A DNA stretch of 64,000 nucleotides, from the NCBI GenBank assembly GCA_964016885.1, contig OZ024746.1, positions 46,624,001 to 46,688,000 on the forward strand, given 5' to 3'. Shown here piece by piece: positions 16,002-33,212 of the stretch. The number at the start of each line of letters is the position of its first letter. Within the stretch, counting starts at the first letter, position 1. Under the pieces are notes generated by a model. It was not told the origin of the DNA, searched no databases, and saw only the letters and a list, made by a program, of their open reading frames with translations. The DNA is from Eledone cirrhosa (taxonomy: Eukaryota). The translations under genes and the position numbers were made by a program.

Positions 16002-16282
16002 GGTATATATATATATATATAGTTTATATATATATAGAGTATTATATATATATNNNNNNNNNNNNNNNNNNNNNNNNNNNNNNNNNNNNNNNNNNNNNNN
16101 NNNNNNNNNNNNNNNNNNNNNNNNNNNNNNNNNNNNNNNNNNNNNNNNNNNNNNNNNNNNNNNNNNNNNNNNNNNNNNNNNNNNNNNNNNNNNNNNNNNN
16201 NNNNNNNNNNNNNNNNNNNNNNNNNNNNNNNNNNNNNNNNNNNNNNNNNNNNNGTATATATATATAGTATATATATATATAG

Positions 16283-16452
<170 letters not shown>

Positions 16453-16482
16453 TATATAATATATATAATATATATATATATA

Positions 16483-16518
<36 letters not shown>

Positions 16519-16595
16519 GTATATATATATAATATATATATAATATATTATATATATATATATATATATAATATATATATAAATATATAATATAT

Positions 16596-16631
<36 letters not shown>

Positions 16632-16646
16632 GTATATATAGTATAT

Positions 16647-16688
<42 letters not shown>

Positions 16689-16760
16689 GTATATATAGTA
16701 TATATATATATATATATATATGTATATAGTATATATAGTATATATATATATAATATATAT

Positions 16761-16817
<57 letters not shown>

Positions 16818-16818
16818 T

Positions 16819-16873
<55 letters not shown>

Positions 16874-16948
16874 GTATATATAGTATATATATATATAATA
16901 TATATATATATATAGTATATATTAGTATATATATATATAATATATATA

Positions 16949-17019
<71 letters not shown>

Positions 17020-17084
17020 ATATAGTATATATATATATATAGTATATATATATATAGTATATATATATATAATATATATATATG

Positions 17085-17150
<66 letters not shown>

Positions 17151-17183
17151 TATATATATATATAGTATATATATATATATATA

Positions 17184-17217
<34 letters not shown>

Positions 17218-17229
17218 TATATATATATA

Positions 17230-17299
<70 letters not shown>

Positions 17300-17346
17300 T
17301 ATATATATATATATATATAGTATATATATATATATATATATATATA

Positions 17347-17382
<36 letters not shown>

Positions 17383-17627
17383 TGTTATACTTGGGGTGGG
17401 TCATATTTGTGTAATATTGCCAGAAGTAGTAACAGAACACACTGACTGTTTGGTTGGTTTTCGCTTCTCGCTGTCTTTTATATCTAACTTAATCGGTCCT
17501 CAATGTCGACATTGACTGACCGACTGTCAAAAATAATACAGATACAATTCGACACACGATTTCATATAAAAAACCTCGCTAAACTAATTCAACGCCGCTA
17601 TATATATATATATATAAATATATAGTA

Positions 17628-17688
<61 letters not shown>

Positions 17689-17740
17689 TATATAGTATAT
17701 ATATATATATATATAATATATATATATATGTATATAATAT

Positions 17741-17773
<33 letters not shown>

Positions 17774-17963
17774 TATATATAGTATATATATATATATAGT
17801 ATATATATATATAGTATATATATATATATAGTATATATATATATATATATTTAGTATATGTATATATATTATATATATATATATATATAATATATATATA
17901 GTATATGTATATATATAATATATATATATATATAATATATATATATAGTATATATATATATAA

Positions 17964-18000
<37 letters not shown>

Positions 18001-18026
18001 CATATATATATATATATATATAGTAT

Positions 18027-18121
<95 letters not shown>

Positions 18122-18172
18122 TATATATATATAATATATATATATATATAATATATATAGGATATATATATG

Positions 18173-18226
<54 letters not shown>

Positions 18227-18437
18227 TAATATTATATATATATATATATATATAGTATATATATATATAGTATATATATATATAGTATATAGGAACCAGT
18301 AAGACCCCGACGGCTAATTACCCACTCTAATACCCCAAGTATTGAGTACTTTGGTGCGTTATGGTCCACCTGGTTCCTTACCACATTTCCTTCGTTATAT
18401 ATATTATATATATATATATATATATCGTATATATATA

Positions 18438-18479
<42 letters not shown>

Positions 18480-18535
18480 GGTATATATATATATATATAG
18501 TTTATATATATATAGAGTATATATATATATATATA

Positions 18536-18588
<53 letters not shown>

Positions 18589-18619
18589 ATCAAAAGATGG
18601 TTAAAGGAGTTCCATGTAT

Positions 18620-18684
18620 TTTATTATGCGCACTTCAAAAACAAACATCATCATGCAATAATATTTGTGTTTTCATCAGATAAA
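18620..18684 (-). ncRNA. Type I hammerhead ribozyme (GAAA>GAAG variant)
   Basis: Reverse complement: TTTAT-CTGATGA-long stem II-GAAG-TGCGCA-TA-ATAAA. Confidence 0.75.
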
Positions 18685-19894
18685 ACAGGAGAACATGATA
18701 TGAAGGCTAAAAAACACTTGTGGATAGTGCAGTTTTAAATCAACATATGAAAAGTAGTTTTAGATTGATGTGTGATATTGGGAAAAATATTTTATTTAGA
18801 GAGGAGGGGTGGAAAGGATGAAAAAGGGGAGCAGATGAGAGTGAAGGTGGAGAGGGAGAGATGTGTGATAGAGAGAAAGAGATAGTTTTTATAACTGAGA
18901 GAAGATATATTGTTTTACATAGAGAGGTTGAAAACCGTTGGAAGATAATGTATAAATTAAAAGAATTTGAAAATTAACGAAGGGAAAAATATGTACGAGG
19001 AATAAATATTTTATTTAGAGAAGGGGGGGGTGGAAAGGATGAAAAAAGGGGAGGAGATGAGAGTGAAGGTGGAGAGGGAGAGATGGGTGATAGAGAGAAA
19101 GAGATAGTTTTTATAACTGAGAAAAGATATGTTGTTTTACATAGAGAGGTTGAGAACCGTTGGAAGATAATGTATAAATTAAAAGAATTTGAAAATTAAC
19201 GAAGGGAAAGAGAGGGAGTTGATATGTATTGAGATTGAAAAGTTTGAATATAGAGAGAAAAAATAATAATTGCGGATGAATATTCTAACGTCAAAAAGGT
19301 GTATGTTTATAAGTATCATGGCAATTTCAAAATTAACGAAGAGAAAAAATATTAAGGTTTGTGTGTTGAAGGATTTGAGAAAAGTAATGTGAAGTTAAAG
19401 TTTGTATATTGAAGGAATTGATATGTGCGAAGAAAGAGTTAATATGTATTAAAATTATTAAGGTTTGTGTATTAGATGATTTGAGAAAAATAATGTGAAG
19501 TTAAGGTTTTTATATTGAAGGAATTGATAATTTGTGCGAAGAAAGAGTTAATATGTATTAAGAATGAGTTAGTTGATGGAAAGAAGAAAATATATTATTA
19601 AGGATGAATATTCTAGCATCAAAAGGAGAGGGAGTTAATGTATTGAGATTAAAAAGTTTGATGATGGAGAGAAAAAATAATAATAATTGCGGATGAATAT
19701 TCTAACGTCAAAAAAACAAATGTATATGTTATGAAGGATTTTACAAGGTGAAGATAGAATGAGGGTAATGAGTAAACAAGTATTATTGAGTGTATAATGC
19801 CCTTTGAAGTAAGGTAGGAAGATGGGTATATTTTAAAGAGGTGTATGTATATGTGCCTTTGAGAAAAGATTCTAAATTGATAAAGAATTGAATA

Positions 19895-20180
19895 TTAGCT
19901 GTATACTCTGTGAAAAGTCCTATGGAATTTATGCAGGCAGATAGAAAACAAATATATACGTCTATTTATTATAGAATCTAGATTAGAGATAATGGTAAAT
20001 TTTTCATTTAGGCAGAGATTACAGATTTTAGATAGAGAGCTGTTCAAGTATGAGGACGCAGAAGAAACCTTCTTCCAAAAGATGGTATATTTAATGTTTT
20101 TGTCTTTCAAGGACCATATGAGTTCTGAGAGAGCCGTGTTGGTTCTTTTAAGTTTGTATTTAAAAGATGAATGATGATTA
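19895..20180 (-). pseudogene. C-terminal part of a PLE GIY-YIG endonuclease
   Basis: HHSSFKY...TALSELIWSLKD...IFWK...CNLCLNEKFTI...INRR...CLH. Same motif set as 24741, 32515 and 53031. Confidence 0.8.
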
Positions 20181-20951
20181 ATACATATTAACTCTTTCTT
20201 CGCACATATTATCAATTCCTTCAATATACAAACTTTAACTTCACATTATTTTTCTCAAATCCTTCAACACACAAACCTTAATATTTTTTTCTCTTCGTTA
20301 ATTTTGAAATTGCCATAATACTTATAAACATACACCTTTTTGACGTTAGAATATTCATCCGCAATTATTATTTTTTCTCTCTATCTTCAAACTTTTCAAT
20401 CTCAATACATATCAACTCCCTCTCTTTCCCTTCGTTAATTTTCAAATTCTTTTAATTTATACATTATCTTCCAACGGTTCTCAACCTCTCTATGTAAAAC
20501 AACATATCTTTTCTAAGTTATAAAAACTATCTCTTTCTCTCTATCACCCATCTCTCCCGCTCCACCTTCACTCTCATCTCCTCCCCTTTTTTCATCATTT
20601 CCACCCCCCCTCTCTAAATAAAATATTTTTTCCTCGTACATATTTTTCCCTTCGTTAATTTTCAAATTCTTTTAATTTATACATTATCTTCCAACGGTTT
20701 TGAACCTCTCTATGTAAAACAATATATCTTCCCTCAGTTATAAAAACTATCTCTTTCTCTCTATCACCCATCTCTCCCTCTCCACCTTCACTCTCATCTC
20801 CTCCACTTTTTTCATTCTTTCCACCCACCCCCCTCTCTAAATAAAATATTTTTCCCAATATCACACATCAATCTAAAACTACTTTTCATATGTTGATTTA
20901 CAACTGCACTATCCACAAGTGTTTTTTAGACTTCATATCATGTTCTCCTGT

Positions 20952-21016
20952 TTTATCTGATGAAAACACAAATATTATTGCATGATGATGTTTGTTTTTG
21001 AAATGCGCATGATAAA
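20952..21016 (+). ncRNA. Type I hammerhead ribozyme (non-cleavable ATG triplet in this copy)
   Basis: TTTAT-CTGATGA-AAACACAAATATTATT...GATGTTTGTTTTT-GAAA-TGCGCA-TG-ATAAA. Confidence 0.75.
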
Positions 21017-21145
21017 ATACATGGAACTCCTTTAACCATCTTTTGATCTTATATATTATGTATACTCCAGTCCTACAAACTGTAGAATGCTTATTATCCG
21101 ATATCTGCATTGCTTTATTGTACTACAATAAAACTCACCTCCTAC

Positions 21146-23346
<2,201 letters not shown>

Positions 23347-23647
23347 ATATTTGGGGAGTGTCATATTTGCGTAATATTGCCAGAATTAATAACAGAACAC
23401 ACTCACTGTTTGGTTGGTTTTCGCTTCTCGCTGTCTTTTATATATATATATCTGCGATCTAACTTACTCGGTCCTCAATGTTGCCATTGACTGACCGGCG
23501 GTCAAAAATAATACAGATACAATATAGACAAACACATATATATATAGTTTACATAATTTACATATATATATATATATATAGTATATATATATATATATAT
23601 ATACTATATATATATATATACTTTATATATATATATATATACTATAT

Positions 23648-23700
23648 GTGCCCCAGCATGGCCTCAGCCGGATGGCAGAAACAGGTAAAAGAGTAAAAGA
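23648..23700 (+). mobile_element. Isolated 3' tail of the CR1-group LINE
   Basis: CCCCAGCATGGCCTCAGCCGGATGGCAGAAACAGGTAAAAGAGTAAAAGA matches 60883-60932. Confidence 0.85.
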
Positions 23701-23774
23701 TTATAGTATATATATATAGTATATATAGTATATATATATACACATAGTATATATATATATATATACTATATATA

Positions 23775-24169
23775 ATGAAATGACAGGAGGCTGGATTTGT
23801 GTAAATCCTTGAAAGGTTTATTATACTATGATCATTTCAATGACCGGGTTCCGTATGAATCCGGTGATATCATCAGGTATTCGAAATATAATACGTGAAT
23901 GTAATAGATGAAATCCATGGGGCTGAAAATCGAGGATCCGAGGGCGACCGCTATCTTGCACCCTCTATCTTAGCCTCTATCTAAGGCTCACAGTGTGCTA
24001 CTACCGGTCAGATAAAGGAAAACAGAAAGGGATGGGAATATAAGTTACAAGACAAAAGAAAGGAAGAAAGGAAGGAGAGAGAAGAAGGGGAAGGAAGAAG
24101 AGGAGAAGCCAGGGTTAATGTCAGCTATAAGAATAAAGACAGAAAGAGGAGGAAAGGTCGGTATTACAG
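23775..24169 (-). mobile_element. PLE pseudo-LTR fragment
   Basis: Minus strand reads pyrimidine-rich tract, then HHR, AATAAA, a short tail and (TA)n. Confidence 0.65.
23823..23880 (-). ncRNA. Type I hammerhead ribozyme
   Basis: Reverse complement: ATAC-CTGATGA-TATCACCGGATTC-ATACG-GAACCCGGTCATT-GAAA-TGATCA-TA-GTAT-AATAAA. Palindromic stem III. Confidence 0.75.
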
Positions 24170-24629
24170 TATATATATATATATAAATATATAGTATATA
24201 TATATAAATATATATAGTATATATATATATATAGTATATATATATATAGTATATATATATAGTATATATATATATAGTATATATATATATAGTATATATA
24301 TATATAGTATATATATATATATATATTATATATATATATAGTATATATATATATAGTATATATATATATATAGTATATATATATATATATATTATATATA
24401 TATATATAGTATATATATAGTATATATATATAGTATATATATACTATATATATATATATATAGTATATATATAGTATATATATATATATAGTATATATAT
24501 ATATATATAGTATATATATATATATAGTATATATATATATATATAGTATATATATATATATATATAGTATATATATATATATATATATATATACTATATA
24601 TATATATATACTATATATATATATACTAT

Positions 24630-24667
<38 letters not shown>

Positions 24668-24740
24668 CTATATATATATATATACTATATATATATATAC
24701 TATATATATATATACTTATATATATATACTATATATATAT

Positions 24741-25583
24741 AAGAACTTCCCACCCAACCATAGGTATAGAAATATTCTCAATAGGAACAATATAAAAATA
24801 TCCTTCTCTACTACTCCTAACCTAGCAGACATCATAGGAACAACGAACCACAGTAAGATCACCAAGACACAGCACCTCGACACAGACGCACCTACACCTG
24901 ACAATAACTATATCGGCCTTAACAACTCCCTGGCAGCATCCAATAGTGTTGGCAACGGCATCCGCATCCGCAACCAGAATAACCGCGAAATGACTGGGGA
25001 ACATGGAGAACATGACGTGCGGAATAACAATCGCACCACCCCGCGTGCTGTGGGTTGTAATTGTGCTAACGACAGCTGCGGTAGCGTAGGTAACAACGTA
25101 GGCAGCAACAATGATAGCCTTACCGTGGGAAATAGACGGAACCGCGACAGAAATTGCAACTGCCGCGACAGAGGACGCTGCCCCCTTAGAGGATACTGCT
25201 TGACTGATAGGGTTATATATAGATGCACTATTACTAGCCACAATAGCGTTAAACATTATATAGGGGCCACCTCCGGCCCGTTCAAAATTAGGTTTCGAAC
25301 ACATCTCCACTCTTTCACAAATAGAAAACTAAGGCACTCCACTTCGCTCGCGGACTACATCACATCACTAAAGGACTTAAACATCAGCTACTCCACGCAC
25401 TGGGAGATTGTCGGCAGGGCTGCACCGTACAACTTCAAGAGGAAATGCGATATTTGCCTCATGGAGCTCTACCACATCATAATTGCACCCCACGAGCTCA
25501 TCAACAGCAGAGATGAAACAGCGATAAGTTGTACACATCGCTTAAAAATATCCTTCTTCAGATGGGTTAAGGATGAAGAGTGA
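24741..25583 (+). pseudogene. 5'-truncated PLE ORF: linker plus complete GIY-YIG endonuclease
   Basis: Frame is open from the TA junction: KNFPPNHRYRNILNRNNIKISFS...CNCRDRGRCPLRGYC...VIY...YIGATSGPFKIRFRTH...WEI...CDICLME...INSRDE...CTH. Confidence 0.88.
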
Positions 25584-25789
25584 AACAGTACACTAGATCT
25601 CCCAGCAACAAGTCTTAACACCCCGGCGGGCAGGCGCTGCAAAATAAAAGCCAGGAAACAATCCTTGCATACCAGACCCAGCCTCAGACAAACGGATGCG
25701 GCAAAAAAAAAAAAAAAATTGGCCGGGAAGGACTGCCCTAACACCGGCCAGAGTTACCTTCCTTGACCTGCTGCAAAATCAAAACAAGA

Positions 25790-25952
25790 TATATATATAT
25801 ATATAGTATATATATATATATATAGTATATATATATAGTATATATATATATATATAGTATATATATATAGTATATATATATAGTATATATATATATATAT
25901 AGTATATATATATATATATAGTATATATATATAGTATATAGTATATATATAT

Positions 25953-25992
<40 letters not shown>

Positions 25993-25993
25993 G

Positions 25994-26024
<31 letters not shown>

Positions 26025-26114
26025 TATATATATAGTATATATATATATATATATAGTATATATATATATATATATATAGTATATATATATAGTATATATA
26101 TAGTATATATATAT

Positions 26115-26154
<40 letters not shown>

Positions 26155-26155
26155 G

Positions 26156-26186
<31 letters not shown>

Positions 26187-26291
26187 TATATATATATATA
26201 TATATATATAGTATATATATATATAGTATATATATATATAGTATATATATATATAGTATATATATATATATATATAGTATATATATATATA

Positions 26292-26329
<38 letters not shown>

Positions 26330-26381
26330 TATATATATATATATATATATATAGTATATATATATATATATATATATATAG

Positions 26382-26412
<31 letters not shown>

Positions 26413-26496
26413 TATATATATATATAGTATATATATATATATAGTATATATATATATATATAGTATATATATATATATATAGTATATATATATATA

Positions 26497-26537
<41 letters not shown>

Positions 26538-26583
26538 TATATATATATAGTATATATATATATATATAGTATATATATATATA

Positions 26584-26617
<34 letters not shown>

Positions 26618-27150
26618 TATATATATAGTATATATATATAGTATATATATATAGTATATATATATATATAGTATATATATATATATAGTATATATATATA
26701 TATAGTATATATATATAGTATATATATATATATAGTATATATATCTATATATATATATATATATAGTATATATATCTATATATATATATATATATATAGT
26801 ATATATATCTATATATATATATATATAGTATATATATCTATATATAGTATATATATCTATATAGTATATATATATATATATATATATCTATATAGTATAT
26901 ATATATATATATATATATAGTATATATATCTATATAGTATATATATATATATATCTATATAGTATATATATATATCTATATAGTATATATATATATCTAT
27001 ATAGTATATATATAGTATATATATATATAGTATATATATATATATATATATAGTATATATATATATATATATAGATAGTATATATATATAGTATATATAT
27101 ATATAGTATATATATATAGTATATATATATAGTATATATAAATATATATA

Positions 27151-27196
<46 letters not shown>

Positions 27197-27226
27197 TATA
27201 TATATATACTGTATATATATATATAG

Positions 27227-27257
<31 letters not shown>

Positions 27258-27474
27258 TATATATATATATATATAGTATATATATATATAGTATATATAT
27301 ATATAGTATATATAGTACATATATATATAGTATATATATAGTATATATATATATATAGTGTATATATATATATATAGTATATATATATATATATATATAT
27401 AGTATATATATATATATATATAGTATATATATATATAGTTTATATATATATAGTATATATATATATATATATTC

Positions 27475-27525
<51 letters not shown>

Positions 27526-27603
27526 CTATATATATTTATATATATATATATATACTATATATATATATACTATATATATATATATTTATACTATATATAT
27601 ATA

Positions 27604-27647
<44 letters not shown>

Positions 27648-27654
27648 ATATATA
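25790..27654. repeat. (TA)n-derived microsatellite
   Basis: Direct reading. Confidence 0.97.
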
Positions 27655-29247
27655 CAGTGCCCCGCAAAAGTTTACAACACATTAGGAAAAGTGTGGTTTT
27701 AGGTATTTTAAATAAAGTTAGGGTAATGAAAATTTAACTACTGATAGAACATATAATGAGTCATTTAATGATACAATCATATTTTAAAATAAATAACAAG
27801 GAAATAACTCATTAAGAAAAATCAATATTTTTATAAGGCAAAAGTTTACAACACATTTATTAATTCATCTCTTAATATTTCGTAGCGTAACCTTTGTTGC
27901 TAATTATAGCCTGTAGGCGTTTGGAGTAGCCTCCTACAAACTTCTTGCATGTTTCTTGGCTAATATTTTTCCATTCTTCACAACAAATTTTCTTTAGTTC
28001 CGGGATATTTTGCGGTTTCCTTTTTTTTAATTCTGAGTTTCAGTTCTCTCCACAAATTTTCGATCGGGTTAAGATCTGGAGACTGACTTGGCCATTTTAG
28101 AACATTTATTCCATTTGTACTTAACCAAGATTGTGTTAGCTTTGCAGTATGTTTTGGATCGTTATCTTGTTGAAAAAACCAACCTGGCTTTAAGCTGAGA
28201 GAATGTGCACTTTGATGTAAATTCCTTTGCAAAATACCTCTATAATAAGCGCCACCCATTCTTCCTTCTATTATTTCAATATTTCCTACACCTGTGGCAC
28301 TAAAGCAACCCCAGACCATGACTGATCCACCTCCAAATTTTACAGTTGGAATAGTATTCTTCGGCGAATATTCAGGACTTTACTTTCTCCAGACATTTGC
28401 CACAGCATTTCGACCAAAAAGTTCAATTTTTGTTTCGTCCGACTAAAGTACGTCTTCCCAAAATGACGCAGGTTTGATGAGATCATTTTCAAAGTTTAAT
28501 CGACGAAGAACGTGTTTCCTCGTAAGAAGTGGTGTTTTCCTTGGAGACCTCGAGAAGATATTATATCGACGAAGTGAACGACTAATTGTATCTGTGCTCA
28601 CTTTTACTCCACTTTCTTCTAGGTCATCCTGAAGATTTTAAAGAGTACACTGGGGTTCGTTGCCAAACCTTTCTCATCAATAACCGAGCTGCATGTTCCG
28701 TTATCTTTCTAGGACGACCAGAACTAATTAGAGGACGATGGTATGATGAGATTTCCAGTGACGAATTATAGTACCAACTGAACTCAATGGCACATTTAAC
28801 TGACAAGATATCTTTCTATAACCAACACCATTTGTATGAAGGTCTACAATGCTTTTACAGAGGTCTTGATCAATCAGTTTATTTTTCCCCATATTGTCAA
28901 TGTTTACAGGATGGTTGTCAGACAAATAATGACGTAATGTTTTTAATAGTCCTTAGAAGTTACCTTAAACCTAATCTAGAACATTCTTCTACTGAATTTT
29001 AAATCTAAAAATTTAAGAATTTTCTTGAAAAAAAGCGATAAATATAAAATGTGTTGTAAACTTTTGCGTTATAAAAATATTGATTTTTCTTGATGAGTAA
29101 TTTCCTTGTTATTAAAAAAAAAGTATGATTGTATCATTAAATACCTCATTATATGTTCTATCAGTAGTTAAATTTTCATTACCCTAACTTTATTAAGAAT
29201 ACCTAAAACCGCATTTTTCCTAATGTGTTGTAAACTTTTGCAGGGCA

Positions 29248-29250
<3 letters not shown>
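27655..29250 (-). mobile_element. Tc1-family DNA transposon (IR/DR type), decayed
   Basis: CAGTGCCC...GGGCACTG ends, ~200 bp TIRs each with two copies of CAAAAGTTTACAACACATT, TA flanks. Confidence 0.95.
27872..28892 (-). pseudogene. Tc1 DDE transposase, frameshifted
   Basis: MGKNK...GYRKIS...[54 protein letters not shown]. Confidence 0.93.
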
Positions 29251-29315
<65 letters not shown>

Positions 29316-29727
29316 TATATATATATAGTATATATAGAGTATATATATATATATATAGTATATATATATATAGTATATATATATAGTATATATATATATA
29401 TATATAGTATATATATATATAGTATATATATATAGTATATATATATAGTATATATATATAGTATATATATATAGTATATATATATAGTATATATATATAT
29501 AGTATATATATATAGTATATATATATATATATATAGTATATATATATAGTATATATATATAGAGTATATATATATAGTATATATATATAGTATATATATA
29601 TATAGTATATATATATAGTATATATATATAGTATATATATATAGTATATATATATAGTATATATATATAGTATATATATATAGTATATATATATAGTATA
29701 TATATATAGTATATATATATATAGATA

Positions 29728-29769
<42 letters not shown>

Positions 29770-29800
29770 TATATATATATAGATAGTATATATATAGATA

Positions 29801-29844
<44 letters not shown>

Positions 29845-29960
29845 TATATATATATATAGTATATATATATATATATAGTATATATATATATATATATATA
29901 GTATATATATATATATATATAGTATATATATATATATAGTATATATATATATATATATAG

Positions 29961-30026
<66 letters not shown>

Positions 30027-31344
30027 TATATATATATATATATACTATATATATATATAGTATATATATATATATACTATATATATATATAGTATATATA
30101 TATATATATATACTATATATATATATACTATACATATATATATATATATACTATATATGTAGTATATATATATATATATAGTACATATATATATATATAT
30201 ATAGTATATATATATATAGTATATATATATATAGTATATATATATATATATAGTATATATATATAAATATAGTATATATATATAGTATATATATATATAT
30301 ATAGTATATATATATATATATATATAGTATATATATATAGTATATATATATATAGTATATATATATATATATACTATATATATATATATATATATATAGT
30401 ATATATATATATACTATATATATATATATATACTATATATATATATACTATATATATATATATACTCTATATATATATATACTCTATATATATATATACT
30501 ATATATATACTATATATATATATATACTATATATATATATATACTATATATATATATACTATATATATATATATACTATATATATATATATACTATATAT
30601 ATATATATACTATATATATATACTATATATATATACTATATATATATAGTATATATATATATATATATACTATATATATATACTATACATATATAGTATA
30701 TATATATATATATATACTATATATATATACTATACATATATATATATATATAGTATATATGTAGTATATATATATATATATAGTACATATATATATATAT
30801 ATATAGTATATATATATATAGTATATATATATATATAGTATATATATATAAATATAGTATATATATATATATATATATGTATAGTATATATATATATACT
30901 ATATATATATATATATACTATATATATATATACTATATATATACTCTATATATATATATACTATATATATATATATACTATATATATATATATATACTAT
31001 ATATATATATACTATATATATATATATATATACTATATATATATATATATATACTATATATATATACTATATATATATACTATATATATATAGTATATAT
31101 ATATATATATATAGTATATATATAGGAACGATCGGCTTTCGTGAAATCGGACCGAGGGAACAATGTTTCCGTTGGTCTTTCCAATTGCTAATACTATCTA
31201 TCGGTCGCAACTCCAGGTAGAAGGAGCAACGTGAAATAAAGTGTCTTGCTCAAGGACATAACGCATCGCCTGGTCCAGGAATCGAACTCACAACCTTACG
31301 ATTGCGAATCCAATTCTCTAACCACTCAGCCACACGCCTTCACA

Positions 31345-31382
<38 letters not shown>

Positions 31383-31466
31383 TATATATATATATTTATA
31401 TATATATAGTATATATATATATATACTATATATATATAGTATATATATATATATATGTATATATAT

Positions 31467-31509
<43 letters not shown>

Positions 31510-31548
31510 GGTATATATATATATGGTATATATATATATGTATATATA

Positions 31549-31619
<71 letters not shown>

Positions 31620-31736
31620 TGTATATATATATATATATATATAGTATGTATATATATATATAGTATATATATATATATATAGTATATATATATATATAGT
31701 ATATATATATATATATAGTATATATATATATATATA

Positions 31737-31800
<64 letters not shown>
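29251..31800. repeat. (TA)n-derived microsatellite with an embedded SINE
   Basis: Direct reading. Confidence 0.97.
31125..31342 (-). mobile_element. tRNA-derived SINE, family B
   Basis: Full-length match to 3180-3394. Confidence 0.87.
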
Positions 31801-31802
<2 letters not shown>

Positions 31803-31806
<4 letters not shown>

Positions 31807-33212
31807 TAAAACAGAAACACAGGTAAGCATTAAGAGAAGGATTTTATCCAGGTATTGACGACCGTTTCATTGGTAAGTGCAACCTTATATTGCTATACTG
31901 CAAATAGCAGCCATTCAATTATAATTGTTGTTCACAGTCCAAATATTCAAATAGTGAGTAAGTTACTCTTGAAATAATTCTTAATATATAGAGAAAAACA
32001 TATATTTGGAATTGTATTTACTAGTATAGAGAGAGAGGAACCAGAAGGTGAGGGGACAAACGGAATAGTATAGAGAGAGAGAAAGGGGGAAGAGGTAGGA
32101 AGTAGAGTGACAAACTGAGATGGGGGAGGGGTAGAGGTGGAAGGATTCTTTGGTCTGTTTTGATAGCTGACTTCATGTCGTGGAATGTAGTGAGTTAAAG
32201 AGAATTAAATTGATCATAGTGGGAGGGGTGGATAGAGAGGGAGAGAGAGGGGGCTATAAAGGGAATAATATATATATATAAAAATAAAGATAAAGATAAT
32301 GACAAAAATAAAAGCAAAGAAGGGGGTGAGAAAGAAGAAAAGAAAAGATAGCCAAGAAGGGGAGAGAAGGAAGGAAGAAATCGAAGAAATAGAAGAGGAA
32401 TGAGGGAGAAGAGGGGGATATATGTATTGGTTTTGTGGGTAATTAAAAGGGTTTAGATACAACAAGAGGGTATAAAGTCTAAGTATATGCAGTTTGTCAG
32501 TTGGTAGTAAGAGGTTAAGGGTTCGATTTGTAGTGCGAAAACTTCTCTTTGAGTCTATGGTTACAATAAATTGATCTTTCGATTTTATTGTTGAGTAACT
32601 TATTCTTCGAACTCAAGATGTGGAACAGCTCAAGGTCGCATAATCGACAGCTTCTCATACCACTCCGATATGGGGGCGCGTTCGATAATTTTTTCCACTT
32701 CAGGGTGTATTGATGGTTACTTTCCCTCAGTTGCCAAGTCTTGTTTACAAAAGTAGTTACATAACTATGCTGGGAATGTTTCATTGCATAACGGTGTGTA
32801 TGCCAACGGGCTTTAAATGTATTCTCAGTCGCTCCGAGTAATGCCATTTCTGGTTATCTGATTCCACTGTGCATTGGTAAACCAGGTTAGACTGCATACA
32901 TTCATTATGTAATGGACAGGTTTCAGGTAGGTGGCAGTTACAATTCTTGTCATGGGCAACTTTGGCATTATTGGTGGGCTGCGATGCCTGTACAAGTGGG
33001 TTACGTTTTGTTTGCCTATTAGCGGGTGGTTGTGTATTAGATATAATACCTGGATAAAATCCTTCTCTTAATGCTTACCTGTGTTTTCTCTTTTATACTT
33101 TATACTCCAAGATTGAACGGAATTCTTACAAACTTGTGGAGTTACGTTGAAACCATCCATGAAACTGCTTTTCTTAACCAAGAACTGGATCACAATAAGC
33201 AATTTTTTGCTT
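31803..33212 (-). mobile_element. 5'-truncated PLE with a short inverted pseudo-LTR segment
   Basis: GIY-YIG remnant at 32515-32950. 31803-31856 is repeated inverted at 33045-33098. Degenerate HHR at 31853-31953. Confidence 0.82.
32515..32950 (-). pseudogene. PLE GIY-YIG endonuclease, frameshifted
   Basis: CNCHLPETCPLHNEC...LVY...HY/GATENTFKARWHTH...TWQLRE...CRLCDLELFHI...LNNKIE...CNH. Confidence 0.85.

Larger units (their letters stand above)
18585..21145 (-). mobile_element. 5'-truncated PLE with a long inverted pseudo-LTR
   Basis: 18585-~19455 is the reverse complement of ~20175-21052. A GIY-YIG C-terminal fragment lies in the middle, with an HHR in each arm and TA flanks. Confidence 0.85.
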
